Assembly (NCBI GenBank): GCA_964608025.1
Contig: CAZSLO010000007.1
Span: 14,825 to 78,824, forward strand
Direction of reading: 5' to 3'
From: an uncultured Dehalococcoidia bacterium
Lineage (GTDB): Bacteria; Chloroflexota; Dehalococcoidia; Lucifugimonadales; CAJWER01
DNA length: 64,000 nucleotides
In this document: positions 59,239 through 64,000 of the stretch, one piece after another
Layout of the letters: each line of letters begins with the position of its first letter
How positions within the stretch are numbered: position 1 is the first letter of the stretch
Made by a program: the position numbers and the translations under genes
Notes under the pieces: model-generated
Seen by the model: only the letters and a program-made list of their open reading frames with translations
What the model was told of the DNA's origin: nothing
Database searches by the model: none

Positions 59239-60597
59239 CTAAAACATCGTAAGATATCGGTCAATTTCCCACTGGGTTACTTGCTTATGATATTCGTTCC
59301 ACTCAGCCTCTTTGATATCCACGAATTCATCATATATAGGTCCAAGTGCTTCTTGAACCACTACATCTCTGCGAAGCTCTGAAACAGCCTCGTTTAGGCT
59401 CTGTGGCAACATTCGTATGCCTCTACGCTTGATCTCATCAAGACCCAGTTCGTACATGTTGCCGAGATTCGCTTTACCCGGATCAATTTTGTTCCTAACT
59501 CCATCCAATCCCGCCGATACATATGCAGCAAACGCCAAGTACGGATTACAGGCAGCAGATACCGTACGATCTTCCAAGTGACCTGGGCCTGCAGTACGAA
59601 GCATTTGTGTCCTGTTGTTATCCCCATATGATATGAATGCAGGGGTCCATGTAAAACCAGACTGCGTACCAAGAAGTCCCTCTCCGATCTGAAGCCTTTT
59701 GTAGCAATTCACTGTTGGTGAATTGATGGCACATAGGGCAGGGGCATGAGCGAATATCCCACCAATAAAATAGTATGCGAATTCCGATAATCCAAGTCCT
59801 TGTTCATCTTCCTCGTCAAGAAACAAATTTTTGCCAGAGGCAGCTTCTTCTATATGGAAATGGACATGTCCGCCACTACCAGTCCGGTCTGAAAAAGGCT
59901 TGGCCATATGAGTCGCAATTGCTCCATATCGCTGTGCATACTGGCTAGTCATCATCTTGAAAAATGTATAGCGATCCGCAGTAGTCAGTGCATCGCTATA
60001 TACGAAATTGACCTCATATTGTCCATTTGCATCCTCGTGGTCAGATTGGTAGGCATCCCATCCAATCCTAGACATCCCGTCCATCAGATCTTTAAGATAG
60101 TCCATAACATTTGAGATGCCCTTGAAGTCATAGCACGGCTTCGCCAATGAATCCACGTTGCTAGGATCCCAAACATCTATTGAGCCATCGGCATTCCTAG
60201 TAACTAAGAAATGTTCGGGCTCTATGCCTACATGAAATGTATATCCTTCATCTCTAATGTTCCCGAGCACTCTTTTAAGGTTTTGTCTCACGCAGTAAGG
60301 ATGTACCTTGTCATCCACATAAAGGTCGCTAGCAAACCTGGCGACACCATCCCGCCAAGGTGTTGGAGTGTAACTATCAAGGTCGATCTTCGCCATCATG
60401 TCATGGGAATGAGGTCCCTGACCCAGGCCCCAGAGAGCCGCACCAGCAAAACCCGCACCATCATCAATGACATCATCAAGGTGAGATGCGGGAACCATCT
60501 TGACCTTAGGGGAGCCGTGTATATCCACAAACTGGGCAAGAATATATTCCACGCCATCAGCATCCATTTTGTTCCGTATTTCATCTCGAGTAGTCAT
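59239..60597 (-). CDS. gmaS: Gamma-glutamylmethylamide synthetase (type III glutamine-synthetase-like)
   Basis: 452 aa, GS fold (FVDIHG..K, GIEPEHF, H.HF.I). Its position between the mgs and mgd genes defines the NMG pathway cluster. Confidence 0.8.
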   Translation of the reverse strand: MTTRDEIRNKMDADGVEYILAQFVDIHGSPKVKMVPASHLDDVIDDGAGFAGAALWGLGQGPHSHDMMAKIDLDSYTPTPWRDGVARFASDLYVDDKVHPYCVRQNLKRVLGNIRDEGYTFHVGIEPEHFLVTRNADGSIDVWDPSNVDSLAKPCYDFKGISNVMDYLKDLMDGMSRIGWDAYQSDHEDANGQYEVNFVYSDALTTADRYTFFKMMTSQYAQRYGAIATHMAKPFSDRTGSGGHVHFHIEEAASGKNLFLDEEDEQGLGLSEFAYYFIGGIFAHAPALCAINSPTVNCYKRLQIGEGLLGTQSGFTWTPAFISYGDNNRTQMLRTAGPGHLEDRTVSAACNPYLAFAAYVSAGLDGVRNKIDPGKANLGNMYELGLDEIKRRGIRMLPQSLNEAVSELRRDVVVQEALGPIYDEFVDIKEAEWNEYHKQVTQWEIDRYLTMF

Positions 60598-60705
60598 TTT
60601 GGAGGTTCCTCCATATAGTTTCGGCCGACCGAAAAACTCACCCTACCAGAATATAACGTACAAACCACCAAGATTTTACCCCAAAAGATCTTCCAGTTGA
60701 GAGCA

Positions 60706-62007
60706 CTATTCACCGAATACCTTATTGGTACCAACCAATGGAATATTCGCCATGGCAGACGCCTCTATAGTTAAGGCAGCTAAATCTTCCGGCTCGAGAC
60801 TATGAACATCGCTTTTACCAAGAGATCGCGTCAACAAAGCCATTTCCATCGTCATTGAATTTATAAAATTCGCGACCCTTTCAGCCCCTTCATTGGGATC
60901 AAGACGCTTGGTTAATTCAGGATCCTGGGTCGTGATTCCAACAGGACATTTACCCGTATGGCAATGTCTACAGTAGCCAGCCGGCACACCCACTTCATTT
61001 TCATAATCTGATTCAGGTGTGTCTTTATTACAATTTAAGGCTATTAGTGCAGAGATTCCTATCGCGACAGCATCGGCTCCAAGTGCAAGTGCCTTTGCTG
61101 CGTCGGCACCTCCTCTTATTCCACCCGAAGCAATTAAACTAACTGTTCCATAGAGCCCGAGCTCTCGCAGTGCCTCTCGAGCCATAACTATCGCAGGGAC
61201 CGTTGGTATTCCGCTATGGTCCAACAGGACTTCTGCTGATGCACCGGTACCAGCAACCATGCTATCGACCACGATTGCATCAGCACCAGCTTTCGCAGCA
61301 AGTTTGACATCATCTGTAACACGGCAAGCACCAAGTTTCACATGTATTGGTATTTTGTGATCAGTCGCCTCTCGTAATTGGTCGATTTTCATTGCCAGGT
61401 CATCGGGTCCTAGCCAATCAGGATGGCGAGCAGGGCTGCGCTGATCAATACCGGTTGGAAGATCTCGCATTTCAGCAATTTCATCGAGCACCTTCACCCC
61501 CATAAGCATACCGCCAGTTCCAGGTTTGGCACCCTGACCTACTACGATTTCTACAGCTTGAGCCTGGACTAGATGATGAGGATTGAATCCATAGCGGCTG
61601 GGCAATACCTGATAAATCAAATTGTCAGAGGCGTCCCTCTCAGCTTGCAACATACCGCCATCACCAGTACAACTCGCTGTTCCAACAAGTGCGGCTCCTT
61701 TGCCGAGTGCCGTCTTGGCATTAGCTGAGAGCGCACCGTAACTCATACCAGAAATATAGATCGGCGTTTCAAGCCGAAGCGGGTTCTCTGCATACCTCGC
61801 GCCTATTATGGTGCCTGTTTCACACTTCTCTTTGTATCCCTCCAGGGGGAAGCGAGTAAGACCGGTAGAGAGAAAGGTCAAGTCGTCAAAGTGAGTAACT
61901 TTTTGAAACGTGCTGAATCCTCGAATCCTGTAACGACCCAATTCTGCCTTCGCATGAATATCGTCGATGACCCATGGGGTCATGATATGGCTGTTTTGAT
62001 CTACCAT
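60706..62007 (-). CDS. mgsC: N-methylglutamate synthase subunit C (glutamate synthase FMN-binding domain-like)
   Basis: GltB domain-2 motifs: GAKPGTGG, ASGGIRGG, and the Fe-S-like C..C.TG.CP cluster. Confidence 0.85.
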   Translation of the reverse strand: MVDQNSHIMTPWVIDDIHAKAELGRYRIRGFSTFQKVTHFDDLTFLSTGLTRFPLEGYKEKCETGTIIGARYAENPLRLETPIYISGMSYGALSANAKTALGKGAALVGTASCTGDGGMLQAERDASDNLIYQVLPSRYGFNPHHLVQAQAVEIVVGQGAKPGTGGMLMGVKVLDEIAEMRDLPTGIDQRSPARHPDWLGPDDLAMKIDQLREATDHKIPIHVKLGACRVTDDVKLAAKAGADAIVVDSMVAGTGASAEVLLDHSGIPTVPAIVMAREALRELGLYGTVSLIASGGIRGGADAAKALALGADAVAIGISALIALNCNKDTPESDYENEVGVPAGYCRHCHTGKCPVGITTQDPELTKRLDPNEGAERVANFINSMTMEMALLTRSLGKSDVHSLEPEDLAALTIEASAMANIPLVGTNKVFGE

Positions 62008-62690
62008 CAGAAGGCAGTCTTTTCTAATCGTTCAAGCGAATCTAGGTGATAAAGTTTCTTCGCTGATACAATCTTTGTGAAATGGGGACGCTGAGAGGTT
62101 CCGTTTCGATCCAATATATCCCACAACCGAATTAACTCATCCTCCGTTACATCCTCTACCCGGGCATCATTACCAAGCGAGCCGTAACTGCCCCCTACAT
62201 ATATAACCCCTTCATAAATTGAATCCCCTACTGCATCGCCTGCGTTCCCGCAAACAATTATCTCACCTTTCTGCATCATAAATCCTGTCAGAAATCCCGA
62301 GTCTCCTCCTATGATTAACCTGCCACCCTTCATAGAAATACCAGCACGTGCGCCCGCATTGCCTCCGACATAAATCTCACCACCTCGCATAGACGCAGCT
62401 ACAGATGCACCTGCATCTTGGGATAAGCTTATCTTACCGCTCATCAAGTTTTCCCCAAGAGCCCAACCTGCATTCCCTTCAATCACAACCTCGGGGCCAT
62501 CCAAGAGACTAGCGGAGTAGTATCCTACACTGCCAACAATATTTATTTTGCAAGACTCCAGGATTCCCACACCAATATTATGCCGGGCCTGGGGATTAAG
62601 GATCGTGATTTCTGAACCCGCGTCCGCTAACCGCTTAAGTTCCTGGTTCAACTCTCGTGTAGTAAGCTTATTAGCGTCTAAAGTATCCAA
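62007..62690 (-). CDS. mgsB: N-methylglutamate synthase subunit B (GXGXG-motif glutamate synthase C-terminal domain-like)
   Basis: Beta-helix repeats with G.AG...G..M.GG.I.V.G.AG. 227 aa. Confidence 0.85.
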   Translation of the reverse strand: MDTLDANKLTTRELNQELKRLADAGSEITILNPQARHNIGVGILESCKINIVGSVGYYSASLLDGPEVVIEGNAGWALGENLMSGKISLSQDAGASVAASMRGGEIYVGGNAGARAGISMKGGRLIIGGDSGFLTGFMMQKGEIIVCGNAGDAVGDSIYEGVIYVGGSYGSLGNDARVEDVTEDELIRLWDILDRNGTSQRPHFTKIVSAKKLYHLDSLERLEKTAF

Positions 62691-63589
62691 GTAATAACCT
62701 CTGACTGCTGAGGTTCGATACGATCGATCTCATCTTCGAACACGCTACGTAGAGCTATCTCTTCGGATGCAACAGCTACTACATCCTCTGTCTCCATTGT
62801 CACAAGTGGCTTGGCAGACCATTGATCTTTCGCGTAACCAATTCCATCCCTAGTCGATACAAGGTATGTAAACGTGCCATCGAGATCATCAAGTGAAGCT
62901 TTAAGCGCATTTTCCAGGCTCTCACCATTGGCCATCTTATCAGCCAAATAAACAGCAATCAGTTCCGAATCATTGTGGGTCAGGAAATGATGTCCATTAT
63001 CTTCATATCGCCGTTTCATCTTGTGATAGTTCGTTAACTGACCATTGTGGACTACAGTCACATCTGGAAATGGATAGGCCCAGAATGGATGCGCGTGGCT
63101 TATATCAACAACGCTCTCAGTCGCCATCCGCACGTGACCTATCCCATGAGTCCCTGTTAGATTGGCAAGGTGATGCTTCGCATTCATATCCGATGCAGTA
63201 CCGACATCCTTTACGATCTCAGAAGATTCCCCAATACTGTGAATAATGACCCCAGGGATTGCCAACAGAGTCTCCGCCAATAATTGGGTCGAACCTTCGT
63301 AGTTAACCGACAGCCTGATAAATCCATCCTCAATATCTGAAGATACTACAAGGGCATCACATCTGGCCAGCTCATCATTAACTTGTTTTAACGAATCCTG
63401 AAGTGGTCTCGCATCAGTCCAAATGCGTACTATCAAGTCAGCTTCACTATGCTCACCGGCAACGGTAAATCCGGTAGAATCCCGACCACGATGTGCTAGG
63501 GAATCTAACATCCTGACCAAATCTCGTCCAATCGGGGCGGGGCGATCAACCGACGCCTTCTTATGAACGATACCGCTAATACCACACAT
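62678..63589 (-). CDS. mgsA: N-methylglutamate synthase subunit A (class II glutamine amidotransferase-like)
   Basis: The start is taken at the ATG giving MCGISGIV, because the Ntn-type amidotransferase needs Cys at position 2. GAGG lies 8 nt upstream. The track ORF starts 6 nt earlier at a TTG. Confidence 0.85.
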   Translation of the reverse strand: MCGISGIVHKKASVDRPAPIGRDLVRMLDSLAHRGRDSTGFTVAGEHSEADLIVRIWTDARPLQDSLKQVNDELARCDALVVSSDIEDGFIRLSVNYEGSTQLLAETLLAIPGVIIHSIGESSEIVKDVGTASDMNAKHHLANLTGTHGIGHVRMATESVVDISHAHPFWAYPFPDVTVVHNGQLTNYHKMKRRYEDNGHHFLTHNDSELIAVYLADKMANGESLENALKASLDDLDGTFTYLVSTRDGIGYAKDQWSAKPLVTMETEDVVAVASEEIALRSVFEDEIDRIEPQQSEVITWIL

Positions 63590-63611
63590 TGACAAAACCT
63601 CATATTGAGAA

Positions 63612-63640
63612 AAGCGCCAGCCTTAGGATGGCCGGCGCTT
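63612..63640 (-). terminator. GC-rich hairpin followed by a T-rich tract (intrinsic terminator or leader structure ahead of mgsA)
   Basis: Minus strand AAGCGCCGGCC-AUCCUAA-GGCUGGCGCUU (10 bp plus one mismatch) followed by UUCUCAAU. It ends about 22 nt before the mgsA ATG and lies about 260 nt after the stop of the upstream partial permease gene. Confidence 0.4.
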
Positions 63641-63900
63641 CAAGTACACCGTTCAATATAGCAAATGGAATATACCATCTGCAATGTTACCTACCCTTTA
63701 CTTACGAAATCCTCTCGATTAGTGAACTGTTCTTCACTATCAAGCTATGTCCCCTCGATACTTTTATTTACGATCACAAAATAGTCCTCGATCGATCATT
63801 CCAGGAACTACAATCCAACCTACAAATTAGGAGATCTACTGGCAAACCTACACTTGCCCATTATTTATGTATTGAATTTGTTCCTGCTTTATTGCCAATA

Positions 63901-64000
63901 TCACTGACGCGTAAATTTGATCCTTGGGTCTACAGCCGCAAGCAAAACGTCGGATATCAACGTACCAATCGCAGTTAACGTGCCCAACATTAAGATTATG
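63901..64000 (-). CDS. ABC peptide/nickel-type permease (DppB family), 3' end only (gene continues beyond the window)
   Basis: The minus-strand frame open to the window edge reads IILMLGTLTAIGTLISDVLLAAVDPRIKFTRQ-stop. This is the same C-terminal helix and DPRIKY tail as paralogues 1 and 2. It is too short to appear in the ORF track. Confidence 0.7.
   Translation of the reverse strand, partial: IILMLGTLTAIGTLISDVLLAAVDPRIKFTRQ

Noticed and set aside
63589-63978. 129-aa plus-strand ORF from the track, upstream of mgsA.
   Set aside because: The amino-acid composition is implausible, there is no RBS, and it overlaps the C-terminal end of the real minus-strand permease and the mgsA start. I treat the region as a non-coding leader.
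1-64000. Mobile-element, CRISPR, rRNA and tRNA content.
   Set aside because: I saw no transposase, integrase or recombinase ORF, no repeat-spacer periodicity, and no rRNA-like or cloverleaf-forming segments while reading both strands. The insertion hypothesis for 41.2-48.9 kb therefore rests only on the permease paralogue arrangement.

Overview
The window is a 64 kb bacterial chromosomal segment, gene-dense, with about 60 CDS and roughly mid-40s % GC by eye. I found no rRNA, tRNA, CRISPR array, transposase or integrase. The gene content suggests a marine monoderm-type heterotroph, possibly a SAR202-like Chloroflexota. This rests on an acVLRF1-type release-factor homologue, DinB, lipobox lipoproteins, many paralogous enolase/amidohydrolase/SDR/RidA catabolic genes, and selenocysteine usage. 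It is a low-confidence inference. Housekeeping genes (aroB, tgt, argS, a CCA-adding enzyme) are interspersed with accessory metabolism.

Main points:
1. Two genes are truncated in the ORF track only because they contain an in-frame TGA at a catalytic Cys position, followed by a hairpin. These are selD (Sec at the E. coli Cys17 position) and an OsmC/Ohr-family peroxiredoxin-like protein. Both are read here as selenoproteins.
2. A 943-aa exported lipoprotein is a clear homologue of vertebrate/cyanobacterial-type protein-arginine deiminase (PAD middle and catalytic domains, all four catalytic residues present). It is transcribed divergently from an imuB-dnaE2 SOS mutasome cassette.
3. The mutasome lacks imuA. 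An ImuB C-terminal-like module is encoded as a separate ORF in the -1 frame. A Gram-positive-type LexA box candidate precedes imuB.
4. This block lies between paralogous orphan DppB-type ABC permease genes: two intact, one decayed remnant, and a fourth copy running off the window end. Each intact copy sits just downstream of a large non-SBP protein, a 667-aa ORFan in one case and the PAD-like lipoprotein in the other.
5. A complete eight-gene N-methylglutamate (methylamine) pathway cluster, mgsABC-gmaS-mgd(BCDA order), occupies 54.1-63.6 kb.
6. A nine-gene co-directional cluster of unassigned catabolic enzymes lies at 22.9-30.3 kb.
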